A program made the position numbers and the translations under genes. The notes below the pieces were generated by a model, which searched no databases, was not told the DNA's origin, and was given only the letters and a program-made list of their open reading frames with translations. From a virus (Duplodnaviria > Caudoviricetes), in IMG/VR virus record IMGVR_UViG_2832928787_000001, positions 24,759 through 88,758 of that record: a stretch of DNA of 64,000 bases; one strand, written 5' to 3'. Positions 26,845 through 36,953 of the stretch are shown here, one piece after another (the stretch's first letter is position 1; each line of letters starts with the position of its first letter).

Positions 26845-28680
26845 TTATCCGATCTTTACGCGACGAATCGGGCGAACCAATCTAGAATCTGTCGTGGATG
26901 TAAAATCAATCGCACGGCCCGTATCCATACCAATGTAGCGCACGTTGTTCGCACCCGAGATTGAAGTCGATTCAAAATATCCACTATTTGCTGTTGAAAG
27001 AGCCTCTGATCCCCCATTTTTAAACGCGGCTGCCGCTGTTTGGGCAGGCGACGTCGCAGTGTACCCGACCCCCTCAGGAATAGAGTACGGATTGGATCCC
27101 GAGCCACCCAATACATAATTGACGGATGTTGATGGTTTCAAATTTCTATACAGGATTTCCATTTCATACACGGCCCCCAGATACCAATCATCAAATCCGT
27201 TAATGATCGCATCTAGGCAGTATTTTGCAGCGGGCCAGGCAGACGTCGCCATCGCCAATGTATTGGCAAGCCCATCGACCCAGTCAGTCGGTCCCTGCGT
27301 CGCAGTGGTCGCATATTGCCGCGTTACCTCCGCCATTTTCGGCGCCACGATCAGCGCATAGGTGTCCGCCCCAATTTTGATCCGCCCAAAATAATACCCG
27401 CCCCCAAACGGGGTTCCGGGCGCGCTAGGGACCGCCGACACGGCAATCACCCGCGTCGTGGGGGTGCTCTGCCCGCCTCGTGCATCGACAGCCACCACAT
27501 TGACCGTGGCCGACGTATCGACACTGGCTGCAGGCACACTGAACGTGACCTGCTCGCCAGAGGCGATGCCAGATGTTTTACTGAACACCAGCGCCAGCGC
27601 CCCACTTTGCGAGATGGAATAGGTGACTGCATCACCGTCAGAGTCCGTCGACCCGGAAGCCACCAGCACGTTGCCGGTTGATCCCTGCATGACCGTGTCG
27701 GCCACGGTGACGATCGGCGTGGTCGGCGGTTGATTGTTGCTGACAGTGATCGACTTCGTCACCGGCTTGCCACGGTTGCCGGCGTTGTCGATAGCCACCA
27801 CGGTCACGGCATATACAGCCCCCACGGCGCCGGTCGGCGTGACTGACCGCGTGGCGCTGCCGCTGGTGGCTGGCGTCGTCGATTTGCTGCCGTCAGGCAG
27901 GGTCCACTCGAACGACGCAATCGACCCGCCGGCCAGCAGGCTGATCGCACTGGCGGTCAGCGTCATGGCAACGCCTGCCGATCCGGTGGACGCTCCGGTG
28001 ACGGTCGGTGTGCCGACAACGACCGGCACATCCTGACCACCGGTGGTATCACCGGATGCGCTGGTCAGCACGAACGCATTGAGTGACGCAGAGTAGACCA
28101 TGCTGCAGATCGAGCCGGCGGCAATAGCGCCCGCAAGCAGCGGTTGGTGACGGATGGAAATCAGCGGGCGCTCGACCAAGGAGTCGATTTTGATCGTGGC
28201 AGCACCGGTATTGCCTGCAGCCGCGCGCCACCGCAGCGGCATGCCGTCGATCAGCGTGGTGATGGCCGGCAGGTAGGTCACGGTATAGGCGGTGCCGCCG
28301 CCCGCGGCAGAGGCAAACGATGCTGCGGCACGCTGCACATCGGATTGCGTCAGCCCCCACTGGACCCACGCCGCCGGGCTCGTTGAGGGGCGTGCCCCGG
28401 TATTGGCTACCATCGCCATCCAGGTGCGATCAGACTCCTGAACGGTGGCATATTGCGGATAGTCTTCAGTAGCAGACCACTCCGGCGTTCCACGCTGAAC
28501 CAGATAGCGAATCGCCTCATCCTGGCGCTTCACCAGCCCATTGGTAAACTCCAGCGGCGGAAATCCTCCGTTCAGATCGAACGTGATGCCCCACCCGCGC
28601 GGGATGTCAGGAAACTCAACCACCTCGCCGGCCAATGCTCGTTCTGCAAAAATCACTTCGTCAGGGCGCGGATAAATCAT
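26845..28680 (-). CDS. Tail fibre with Ig-like repeats and a DUF1566/CLec-like tip
   Basis: Baseplate-binding N-terminus; PGTPFGGGYY...DWYL...VRPIRR C-terminus. Confidence 0.8.
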   Translation of the reverse strand: MIYPRPDEVIFAERALAGEVVEFPDIPRGWGITFDLNGGFPPLEFTNGLVKRQDEAIRYLVQRGTPEWSATEDYPQYATVQESDRTWMAMVANTGARPSTSPAAWVQWGLTQSDVQRAAASFASAAGGGTAYTVTYLPAITTLIDGMPLRWRAAAGNTGAATIKIDSLVERPLISIRHQPLLAGAIAAGSICSMVYSASLNAFVLTSASGDTTGGQDVPVVVGTPTVTGASTGSAGVAMTLTASAISLLAGGSIASFEWTLPDGSKSTTPATSGSATRSVTPTGAVGAVYAVTVVAIDNAGNRGKPVTKSITVSNNQPPTTPIVTVADTVMQGSTGNVLVASGSTDSDGDAVTYSISQSGALALVFSKTSGIASGEQVTFSVPAASVDTSATVNVVAVDARGGQSTPTTRVIAVSAVPSAPGTPFGGGYYFGRIKIGADTYALIVAPKMAEVTRQYATTATQGPTDWVDGLANTLAMATSAWPAAKYCLDAIINGFDDWYLGAVYEMEILYRNLKPSTSVNYVLGGSGSNPYSIPEGVGYTATSPAQTAAAAFKNGGSEALSTANSGYFESTSISGANNVRYIGMDTGRAIDFTSTTDSRLVRPIRRVKIG

Positions 28681-29330
28681 AGCAACCTCGCAAACTTTCC
28701 TTTGTTGAATCCCATTGCACCAGGCGCACCGTAAAACCCGAACGCCTGGGTAGGAACCGAGTGGTAATAAGAGATACCGACGCCGGCAGGCCTGGGCAGA
28801 ATATCCAGTGTTTTTAATGCATACCGCGTGAATTCGCTCACGCTATCGGATCGAATCATGACCGACAGGCTCATATCGTATTGGTCAAATACGGTGCTGT
28901 TTTCGTCGAAAATGAATTCCAGAGCATCGGAAATGTCATCTACGGTGCCAACCTGATAATTTCGGGCAATGCGGCATTTGATCAGAAACCGATAATCCTC
29001 ATCTGACAGCGTGACCGATTCTGTCGTGGGGTCTCCATTCCGGTACCACATCCCACCAAATGCTGCGCGCCAGCGAAACGGGCCGGCACCGTGCGCACCG
29101 CGAAATCCGAATAGTCCGCGCGGCGCCAGCCCCTGCAGTACGCGGGATTGCCCAACGTGCTTGCCGCACAAGTCCAAGTTCACGCCCCTGGCCACGTCGA
29201 TGTTCAACGCATCTGGCAGCGATGCCATCCCATCCCATGTCGCGCCGAGCTGATCCGACAACAGTTTGGCCGTAGCCGCCGCACGCGGCTTGCCTTGGTA
29301 CTGCCAGATCAACAGCTTGTCGTAGCTCAT
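28677..29330 (-). CDS. Baseplate wedge protein (DUF2612-like)
   Basis: LLIWQYQGKP, LD..GKHVG.SR, ILPRPAGV. Confidence 0.8.
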   Translation of the reverse strand: MSYDKLLIWQYQGKPRAAATAKLLSDQLGATWDGMASLPDALNIDVARGVNLDLCGKHVGQSRVLQGLAPRGLFGFRGAHGAGPFRWRAAFGGMWYRNGDPTTESVTLSDEDYRFLIKCRIARNYQVGTVDDISDALEFIFDENSTVFDQYDMSLSVMIRSDSVSEFTRYALKTLDILPRPAGVGISYYHSVPTQAFGFYGAPGAMGFNKGKFARLL

Positions 29331-30486
29331 TTGGTCACCACCTGAATATCGGCCACGGCAAACCGGGCCAACTCGCGCACGCCAATGACGATGTTGTCAC
29401 CAGTCAGCGAGTCGCTGCGGCGGCCGATGCGCAGATCCGAGACCCAGAAGCCGGGCACGGTATTGATCGGGCTGTACAGGCGCGTCAGCAGCACGTCCTC
29501 GCCGATCCCGAACGGCTCATCCGCCATCGCCGCCTTAATGGACTCGGCATCAACAGCGGTGAACCCAACCTTCCGCGTCACCTCAATGTATGCCGCGCAT
29601 TCGATGATGTCCGGCCGGTCAAACCGCATCAGCCGGTTGCGGCCACGTGCATCCGGAACGGCCACAGAGACGTCGCCCATCAGCCCGGTGCCCCTGTTTT
29701 CCGTTCGAAGATCACCCGGGCAATCGCATCGTCCATGCCGCCATCCACGATCACGTTCAACGAATGGCCGGGCACGCCATCAGCGTCCGTCTCGTTGCCG
29801 GTGTTTTCGAGAACGATCACCTGCCGGACATCGGCCAGTTCTCCTATCGCAGACTCAATCCCCTCGGCACTGTTCTGCGCCGTGCGGGCACGGGCGCGAA
29901 AGAATCGCGCACGCAGGTCCGGATCCGTTTCCTCTTCAGTGCCGACCTCGGCCGCGGCCGAGGTGGTGGCGCCGGACCAGCCGAGGGTGATGGTCTCGAC
30001 AGTCAGGGACGTATCCGCCGGCACGGCAAATGCACCCAGTAGCTCACTGCGGAAATCGGCCCGCGCCGAACCATCGGCGCCCAGCACCACATCGGCGACC
30101 AGTCGCCAGCGAGCCTGGTTCCCGTCCGAGACAATGGCCCCGGCCGGCAGAATGGCACGCGCGGTGCCGGTCAGGATCACGCTGCGCAGGTAGCTGTAGC
30201 GGGCCCCGCGTCTCGTCAGTGCCGCGTAGGCCGCTCGTTGCTCCAGCCATGCGCCAGAGGCAGTATCCGGGTCCAGCGCCCGATAGATGGTCTCGCCCAG
30301 TTCCTCCATGTCGGCCAGCGCCTGGGAGAGCAGGCCGATCATCTGCCCATCAGGGCTGTCCGGGTCGGTATTGATGTCGCTGCCGTAGATGGAGCGAAAC
30401 CCAGCATCCAGCCCGGCGATGATCTCGTTGAGCCTCACCACGACGTAGCCCTGGCTCGTCAGTTGCCCCATGTCATGCTCCAACAA
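29327..30486 (-). pseudogene. Baseplate J-like protein split by a 1-nt frameshift near 29690
   Basis: Adding one G to the GGGG run joins 29680-30486 and 29327-29680 (KTGGTGLMGDV); could be a sequencing error. Confidence 0.75.
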
Positions 30487-30522
30487 AAAACCCGCCGTGG
30501 CGGGCGGGTTGCGTTTGTGCGG

Positions 30523-30876
30523 TTAGCGATCGACGTCCACGGTTGACTCGCCGCCGTAGACGTCGCGCAGCGTGGTCACGATCCGCAATTTTCGGGTGGC
30601 TGTGTCCTGCTCCATCTCGAACGACGTGATTTCGGCCACGCCCTCGGTTTTCAGGATCTGCCGTTTGATGTCGCGCTCGACCTGAGTCAGATCAGCGGGG
30701 CGTTCCATGTCGCCCAGCCACGGCAGGCCGTGATCAAGGTCCAGGAACCAGTCCATCATGAACGACAGCAGCCGGGTCCGGACCCGCTGCGCTACCGATT
30801 CCGATGTGCCGGCATAGCTGGCCCGGCCCTGGCCGAATGTCCAGTCGTTGTCGGCATCGACTCGTCGCACTCTCAT
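30523..30876 (-). CDS. Baseplate protein (sheath initiator-like)
   Basis: MRVRRVDADNDWTFG...WFLDLDHGLPW. Confidence 0.75.
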   Translation of the reverse strand: MRVRRVDADNDWTFGQGRASYAGTSESVAQRVRTRLLSFMMDWFLDLDHGLPWLGDMERPADLTQVERDIKRQILKTEGVAEITSFEMEQDTATRKLRIVTTLRDVYGGESTVDVDR

Positions 30877-31586
30877 GCCGGCCCTCCCGTATTCCCGCCG
30901 CCGGGCTGCACGCCGCTGTGGACGTGGTTGTCCAGCACTACCCCATTCGACGACAACGTCCCACCGGATTGCTCGAACGAGCCGGACACCTTGGTGCCAG
31001 CACCGCCACCGGTGCCGCTCATGCCGGCCATGTAGGTGAACAGTTTCTCGAAAAACACCGGGCATTTCACTGTCAGGTCAGTACCGTCCATGGTGATGTG
31101 ACCGGCGTCGTTAATCTTGATAAATGCCGCCCCGTCCAGCGTGCGGATGCTGACGCCGTCCATCTCGAAATTCGGGATGGCGTTCGGCCGGGAGCTGATC
31201 CCCGGGATGAACGAGGCATCGGAGTAGTCGTGCAGCCGGTAATCCATCGGCGGCCCTGACTGGCCGGACTGGTGCCAGCCGTCGATGCACCGTTCGTTGA
31301 AAATGATCTGCCCCTCGTCGCCCGGCTTGACCGGGAACGTGATGACGAACCCGCCAGCACGCGGGAACTGCACCGGCACGTCCACCAGTGGCGGCAACGG
31401 GGCAGCCGAGCCGCCGGTCAGCACCTGGTCAACCATGACCTGCACGGTCGCCGTCGGCCCGTCGGGGTCGAACGACACCACCCTACCCGGCAATGCTGTG
31501 TGCACGCGCAGGAGCGCGGCATCAATGGCCGCATCAGCAGCACCCTCGGCGGATGGGTTGTCCCAGTTGTATGCGCCACTGCTCAT
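30873..31586 (-). CDS. Baseplate spike (Gp138/gpV-like)
   Basis: TALPGRVVSFD, VPVQFP, C-terminal HVH metal-binding motif. Confidence 0.85.
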   Translation of the reverse strand: MSSGAYNWDNPSAEGAADAAIDAALLRVHTALPGRVVSFDPDGPTATVQVMVDQVLTGGSAAPLPPLVDVPVQFPRAGGFVITFPVKPGDEGQIIFNERCIDGWHQSGQSGPPMDYRLHDYSDASFIPGISSRPNAIPNFEMDGVSIRTLDGAAFIKINDAGHITMDGTDLTVKCPVFFEKLFTYMAGMSGTGGGAGTKVSGSFEQSGGTLSSNGVVLDNHVHSGVQPGGGNTGGPA

Positions 31587-32422
31587 TTTTTTGCCTCCGC
31601 CTTCTCGACCTTCTCGAACTTGCCGCCGACCACGACCAGTTTGCTGGTCCAGTCGCCCCCCATAATGTCGCCACTCGAACGCAGGTTGACGATCTTGTAG
31701 TCACCATCGAAATAGTCGAGGATCGACCGCACGGTCACCATCCCGCCCACGCGCAGTGCGGGGTTCAGAAGGCACGCCAGTTCCAGGCCGTTGTCGGTGG
31801 CCTCGGGCGCGCCGATCATGCCGGTTTCCTGCGACAGGAGTACCGACTCGCCGGGCAATACCCGGCCAGCTGGCAGCATGATCAGCTCACCATCCTGCAC
31901 CGACCAGTCGGCGCCGTTGTTGGTGGCCACCTTCGAGAGCACATCCCGGGTGTTGCCCACCAGCACCTTGCCGCGCGGGAGCGCGCGTGTGACCGGCACG
32001 TCGATGTCACCCTTGCTGGTTCTGGTCATGGTCTTGGCCAGCTCGCCGACGATCTGGGTATCCGTCGCGCCGGCCTTCAGCGTGGTTGCCACCCTGGCCG
32101 TCTGGTAGTCAATGTCGCCGTCGCCGCACTCCAGGTCGATGATGAAATCCAGCCCCTCCCGTTTCACCCTCGGTTTGATGATGTCGCCGGAGAATATCGT
32201 CCGCAGCTCGCTGTATCCGACTGCCAGCCGAGCTCGGTCGTACTGCCCGGTCAGGATCTGGTGCATATGGTCCCGGTTCAGGTTCCACACCCGGATCCGG
32301 CCCGGGTTCGGCTTGGCATCGATCGATTTCTGAAACTCGAACGCCACCCGCAGATTGCTGATGGCGATCCCTGACGTGGCATTGCCGATCTCCAGCCGCA
32401 GCTGGCGCCCGAATTGCCTCAT
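31583..32422 (-). CDS. Baseplate hub protein
   Basis: IRVWNLN, GMIGAP, LLNPALRVG motifs; synteny. Confidence 0.75.
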   Translation of the reverse strand: MRQFGRQLRLEIGNATSGIAISNLRVAFEFQKSIDAKPNPGRIRVWNLNRDHMHQILTGQYDRARLAVGYSELRTIFSGDIIKPRVKREGLDFIIDLECGDGDIDYQTARVATTLKAGATDTQIVGELAKTMTRTSKGDIDVPVTRALPRGKVLVGNTRDVLSKVATNNGADWSVQDGELIMLPAGRVLPGESVLLSQETGMIGAPEATDNGLELACLLNPALRVGGMVTVRSILDYFDGDYKIVNLRSSGDIMGGDWTSKLVVVGGKFEKVEKAEAKK

Positions 32423-32736
32423 AGGTTGACCTCCGATTTCTCGCCGATGTACAGCAGGCAGCGGCTGCCGAGGTCGTTGCCGCCGGTCGGGTCCAGCCCG
32501 ACGCCGCTTTCGTCGACCAGCAGGAAGAAATAGTCGACCTGCACCCGCCAGAGGATGGGTACGCCCACCATCAGCGCCTGGCCCTGAGCGATCCACCGTG
32601 CATCGGTCTCGTCGTAGACGTCGATGGCCCAGTGGTCGCCAATAGAGTTGTAGCGGATGGTCAGCTGCAGCGACCGGCCGGCAATCTCGACGGTCATGCC
32701 CTGCAACGGACTGGAATCTACGGGTAGCTGTCGCAT
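32419..32736 (-). CDS. Baseplate plug-like protein
   Basis: Synteny; LTIRYNS...W.IDV. Confidence 0.65.
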   Translation of the reverse strand: MRQLPVDSSPLQGMTVEIAGRSLQLTIRYNSIGDHWAIDVYDETDARWIAQGQALMVGVPILWRVQVDYFFLLVDESGVGLDPTGGNDLGSRCLLYIGEKSEVNL

Positions 32737-32945
32737 GGCGGGTCCATGAAAAAACCCGCTGGGTAGCGGGTTGAAATGTGATCGGCCCGCGCTCGCGGGA
32801 TGACAAAGCTCGCGCAGGATGCCGGTATGGGCCGAGAAAGCCTGTACAAAGCACTCACGCCTGGCGCCAACCTGCACGCCACGCCAGTGCATTGAGCTGT
32901 AACGAAAAGCCCGCCTATGTGGCGGGCTTTTGCGTTTCCAAGCTG

Positions 32946-33356
32946 TTACTTTGTGCTTTCCATCAACTGATGCAGTTCTCGGCGGAATGCTAGGGGATTG
33001 TCAATGCTCGGAACTGGAGCCGCTGGGTTGCCGGCGCCGCCGATCACCAAGGTTCCGAAACCGAGCATGCGCCCGAAAATTCCTTGATCAACTTGTACGC
33101 TCTCAACCTTTTCCAGCTTCAGTTCGATTGTTCGGCGACTGATGAATCCGAACTTCGCGATGACGCGCTTGTTCGTGATAGCCAGCTCGGTCGTCAAAAC
33201 GCGGACAACGGCGATTGCCAACGGGATGATTCCGATAAAGAAGACGAACAGCAGGATCACCCCCGAGATGATGAGGGCGATCTGAGAGAGCCACGACACC
33301 TTGGCGCGGTAGACTACTTGCTCTCCCGGCATCAGGTTGCTGTCGATATATGACAT
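32946..33356 (-). CDS. Bacterial PH-domain membrane protein (moron)
   Basis: TELAITNKRVIAKFGFISRRTIEL...QGIFGRMLGFG; terminator at 32906-32930. Confidence 0.8.
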   Translation of the reverse strand: MSYIDSNLMPGEQVVYRAKVSWLSQIALIISGVILLFVFFIGIIPLAIAVVRVLTTELAITNKRVIAKFGFISRRTIELKLEKVESVQVDQGIFGRMLGFGTLVIGGAGNPAAPVPSIDNPLAFRRELHQLMESTK

Positions 33357-33416
33357 TGACGGTTCCTTATCGGTAAAAATACATGATCATAATATCTTAC
33401 ACGATCAACGGCCTTC

Positions 33417-34208
33417 TCACTTCCCCCTAATCCATCCGTCAATGACCTTGATTACAGACCGGTTTCCGCTGGCATCTTTGGCCTGAACCTTCCCTTTTTG
33501 GGCCTTGGTGGCTGACTGTGCCGCCGCCCGCCCCGACTTCTTCGCCCCGCTGACAGGGTTGTGAACGCCAGCGATGGTCTCGGTGTCGACGATCATCACC
33601 TCGCGCGCTGCGATGTTGAATTCTGCAGACCCGTCCCGTGTCTGGCTTACAGACACAGACGTGACCATCATGTTCTGGTACAGCCGCAGCCCGGTTTCGA
33701 TCTCAATGGTCTCTCCGGATCGCTGTGCCGCTGTCAGCGCGTCGTACACCTGCTGAACCCGGTCTGCTGCTGCGCTCGACGGGCTCTCCGCCGCCCCCAG
33801 GGCGGCGAAGTTGGGCAGCCATGGGGCCAGCGCACGGGCGGTTGTGGTGGCTGTCGATATTGCGGTTTGCGCCGTAGCCGCGAACGAGCTCAGCTCACGC
33901 TGCATGCGCACCACCGTTTGCGGCGTCCGCATTGGCAAGGCCATCAGCGGCCGGATTTTGTCCAGGAAGTTCATTCCACGGATGCCGGGCGTCGCAGTGC
34001 TCGTCGGCCGTGTCGTCTGGCGCTCGTAATCCACCATCACACCTGTAATGGTGACGGTTTTCGGCTCCAGCACGGCATGGTCAGCGATCTGTGCGCCGGA
34101 CTCGACCGGATTCTCTGTGACCCGCAGGTCGGACTGGTGGCCCTCGGATACCACGGCATCCAGCTCCACCGTTCCGATCCTGCGATTGATCACTCTGGCC
34201 ATAACCAC
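33417..34208 (-). CDS. Tail/baseplate (Dit-like) protein
   Basis: LDAVVSEGH...TENPVESGAQIADHA. Confidence 0.75.
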   Translation of the reverse strand: MVMARVINRRIGTVELDAVVSEGHQSDLRVTENPVESGAQIADHAVLEPKTVTITGVMVDYERQTTRPTSTATPGIRGMNFLDKIRPLMALPMRTPQTVVRMQRELSSFAATAQTAISTATTTARALAPWLPNFAALGAAESPSSAAADRVQQVYDALTAAQRSGETIEIETGLRLYQNMMVTSVSVSQTRDGSAEFNIAAREVMIVDTETIAGVHNPVSGAKKSGRAAAQSATKAQKGKVQAKDASGNRSVIKVIDGWIRGK

Positions 34209-34211
34209 CTC

Positions 34212-35927
34212 TCAATATTTGACCGCACCGCCAGCGTTCCGCGTTGCCACCTGCTGTTGACGGCGCAGCTCGTTGGCAGCGGTCTTGCCGGCCTTCTCCG
34301 GGTCTGACGTGACAATGGTCATCTTCACGTCCTGGTTCACATTCCCGCCCTGCCCGCCGCCAAACTGGGCGGCACGAGGGGAGGCGCCCGGGTTTGTCGA
34401 CTGCGGACGGGCGGCATTCTGCGCGCCGGCCACTGCGCCCGGTGTTGCCGAGGCTGTCACGGCCACCTTTTGAGCCACTTCGATGGTCTTGCCATTGAGC
34501 AGGCCCAGAGACTGGCCTATCGACGTGAAGAAACCGATCACCTTCTGGACGCCGGCAGCGATGGCGCCGACCGTCTGGTCCCATAGGGCCGTGACACGGT
34601 TGAATGCACCTTCGAAGCTGCCGGAAATTAAATCGCCGATGACCCCGAAAATAGATGAAAGGATGCTCGTCAGTGGAGCAAAAATCTCTGCGATCGCGGC
34701 AATGACAGCCGCCGCCCCTGACTCGATGGTTTGCCATGCGGCGCTCGCAACGGCCGAGACAAGCGCGAATAACTGATCAAAGATGGCAGCCAGCGCTTCA
34801 GCCGTTTTGGCGCCAACATCCCCTAGCATTTCCCAATTGCCCGTCAGTAGGGCGAAAATCCCGCGAACTCCTTGCCACAGGAAGGACAGGAACGCGCCAA
34901 ACACGATCAGGGCACCAACAACAAACGTGGTGACGGCCTCCCCATTTTTAGCCCACCATTCGACCATCCACTGGCCGAGCTGAACGAGGGCGTCCTTCAT
35001 GGCGACCATGCCGTCGACCATGGGATCCCATATCCCCAGTGCAATCTTCTTGAGATGTTCGAACCAGGCCTCCACCATCGGGATAGCCTCGACAAACGGC
35101 TTCCAGAAATCACCCAACAGACTCTCGCCGCCCTCCATGTAAACCATGAAGTCGTCGACCAACAGGATTACGGCTGCAATAGCAGCAGCGATCCAGGTCA
35201 ACGGGTTCATCAGCAAGGCCAGGCCTTGAGCCGCTGCAGCCATGACCATCTGCCTTTTGAGGAAGATGAAACCTGCAGCAAGAAGCCCGAGCGCCACCTT
35301 CCACCCAGTGGTGTGGTCGATGACCTTGGCGATAAAACTGACGGTGTTACCGATGGCACCGCCGATCCGACCAATCACGTCTTTCAGTTTCGTCAGCGTC
35401 CCCTCGATCAGCGCCCGATTGGCGTCGTACCACTCGCTGATTTTGCTGACGATGGCGCCCAGATACGGCAGTACGGTCAGGATCGCCTGCCGTCGGATGT
35501 CATGGAACACGCCGGTGATCTGCTCGCCGGCCTCGGTCAGCCGGGTTTTGGCCTCCTCAACGGCGCTGCGCGCAGACTTGCCCGCCTCCTCGTCCAGATC
35601 CTCAACATTGCTGATGGCATCGTCAATGAACGACGACAGGCCGCTGGCCAGAACAGCGATTCCGGCGCCGACGCCGCTCAGCGCCGCCATCCACATGCCA
35701 AACGACGCCATGATCGATCCGGTACCGCGGCCCACATCAGATGCAGCCTGATTCACCGCACCCGCAGTGCTGGCGCCAGTAGCACCGGCAGCCTTGGCCT
35801 GATCGGCAATGGCCTTTACTGCGTCATCGGCGGCGCTGGTCACATGGGTCAGTGCCGCAGTCGCCGCCTGAGCCCCGGCCGTGTCAGCCAGGAACCCAAG
35901 TTTCCACAGGAATTCGTCGAGGATCAT
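34212..35927 (-). CDS. Tape measure protein
   Basis: Ala-rich helical protein after the tail chaperones; LLVDDFMVYMEGGESL motif. Confidence 0.8.
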   Translation of the reverse strand: MILDEFLWKLGFLADTAGAQAATAALTHVTSAADDAVKAIADQAKAAGATGASTAGAVNQAASDVGRGTGSIMASFGMWMAALSGVGAGIAVLASGLSSFIDDAISNVEDLDEEAGKSARSAVEEAKTRLTEAGEQITGVFHDIRRQAILTVLPYLGAIVSKISEWYDANRALIEGTLTKLKDVIGRIGGAIGNTVSFIAKVIDHTTGWKVALGLLAAGFIFLKRQMVMAAAAQGLALLMNPLTWIAAAIAAVILLVDDFMVYMEGGESLLGDFWKPFVEAIPMVEAWFEHLKKIALGIWDPMVDGMVAMKDALVQLGQWMVEWWAKNGEAVTTFVVGALIVFGAFLSFLWQGVRGIFALLTGNWEMLGDVGAKTAEALAAIFDQLFALVSAVASAAWQTIESGAAAVIAAIAEIFAPLTSILSSIFGVIGDLISGSFEGAFNRVTALWDQTVGAIAAGVQKVIGFFTSIGQSLGLLNGKTIEVAQKVAVTASATPGAVAGAQNAARPQSTNPGASPRAAQFGGGQGGNVNQDVKMTIVTSDPEKAGKTAANELRRQQQVATRNAGGAVKY

Positions 35928-36157
35928 GGTGCGGGTCTTTCTTGCGCCCGACGCTGTGCCTCATCCCATTCAGCCATGGCGTCGTGGAAATCGAGCAGAT
36001 CGGACAGGGTGTAGACGGTGCGCAGCTCGTGCAGGGTGCACAGGCGGCGCATCACGGGGGCGTACAGGAACCAGTCGACTACGGCGTCGGCGGCGTGACC
36101 AGCTGCGTCAGGTTCGGGAACAGCTGACCCAGCGCGGCCATGCCGCCGGCGAAAAAA
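35924..36157 (-). CDS. Tail chaperone C-terminal extension (probable -1 frameshift product)
   Basis: DWFLYAPV..RLCTLHELRTVYTLSDLLDFH, reachable by slippage at T TTT TTC (36151-36157). Confidence 0.6.
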   Translation of the reverse strand, partial: FFRRRHGRAGSAVPEPDAAGHAADAVVDWFLYAPVMRRLCTLHELRTVYTLSDLLDFHDAMAEWDEAQRRAQERPAP

Positions 36158-36504
36158 TCGCCGAACTGGTAGCTGGCGCCCTGCATCAGCAGCGGCATCA
36201 TGTGACCGCGATGGGCGTTGAAATGCTCGTTCAGCTTGTCCTGCAGTCGGAACGGATTGCCCACGGCCGGTGCCACGTTGATGTGGCCGAACACCAGGTT
36301 CTCGATGTCGGTCACAGCCGGATCGCCGAGGTTGCTCAGAATGGCGCCAATTGCGCGACTGGTGCCGGCCTTGTGGTCCTGCGACAGCTCGACCCCGTTC
36401 AGCAGCCGGCCCGCCTTCTTGAGGGCAGCCCACGCGGTTGCAGCATTGGCCGGCGTCATGACGTAGGTGACGTCGTCCAGGGTGATGCGCTTTTCGTTGT
36501 CCAT
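36079..36504 (-). CDS. Tail assembly chaperone
   Basis: Position between the tube and tape measure genes. Confidence 0.75.
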   Translation of the reverse strand: MDNEKRITLDDVTYVMTPANAATAWAALKKAGRLLNGVELSQDHKAGTSRAIGAILSNLGDPAVTDIENLVFGHINVAPAVGNPFRLQDKLNEHFNAHRGHMMPLLMQGASYQFGDFFAGGMAALGQLFPNLTQLVTPPTP

Positions 36505-36941
36505 CAGTTACCCCATCCCTTTTCCTGTTTGATGTCCCCGACCTCGAACACGATGGTCCAGGTGTGTGCGTTGTGTCCCGCACCACGGGTGAACTCGGTC
36601 GGCGTGGTGAAAAACCCGCCGGTGCCGGTGGCCACGTCCTCGTTCAGCAGGTCGCGGATTTCCAGCGTGAACGGTGTGAACCCCTTGATCTGCGCCCGCT
36701 GCTGGCGCAACAGATCGGACAGGTGCTTGTTGTCCGGGCTGTGCTGCTTGATCTTCAAAGTCAGCACATGGGACTTGTCAGGATTGACGACGAACACGCC
36801 GGTGCCATTGGCGCCCATCGTGAACGCGCCGGCGTCCGTGACGGCCTTGTACCCGATCACGTCGGAGCCATCGGCCCAGTCGCTGATCTCATGCCCATTG
36901 AGCAGGACGGATACCTGCCGCGGGTCAAATTTTGCTGCCAT
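36504..36941 (-). CDS. Tail tube protein (DUF3277-like)
   Basis: FDPRQVSVLLNG..I, follows the sheath gene. Confidence 0.8.
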   Translation of the reverse strand: MAAKFDPRQVSVLLNGHEISDWADGSDVIGYKAVTDAGAFTMGANGTGVFVVNPDKSHVLTLKIKQHSPDNKHLSDLLRQQRAQIKGFTPFTLEIRDLLNEDVATGTGGFFTTPTEFTRGAGHNAHTWTIVFEVGDIKQEKGWGN

Positions 36942-36953
36942 GTGTGGGCCTCA

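Noticed and set aside
26150-26850. Diversity-generating retroelement beside the tail fibre
   Set aside because: No reverse transcriptase, avd gene or template repeat is visible.
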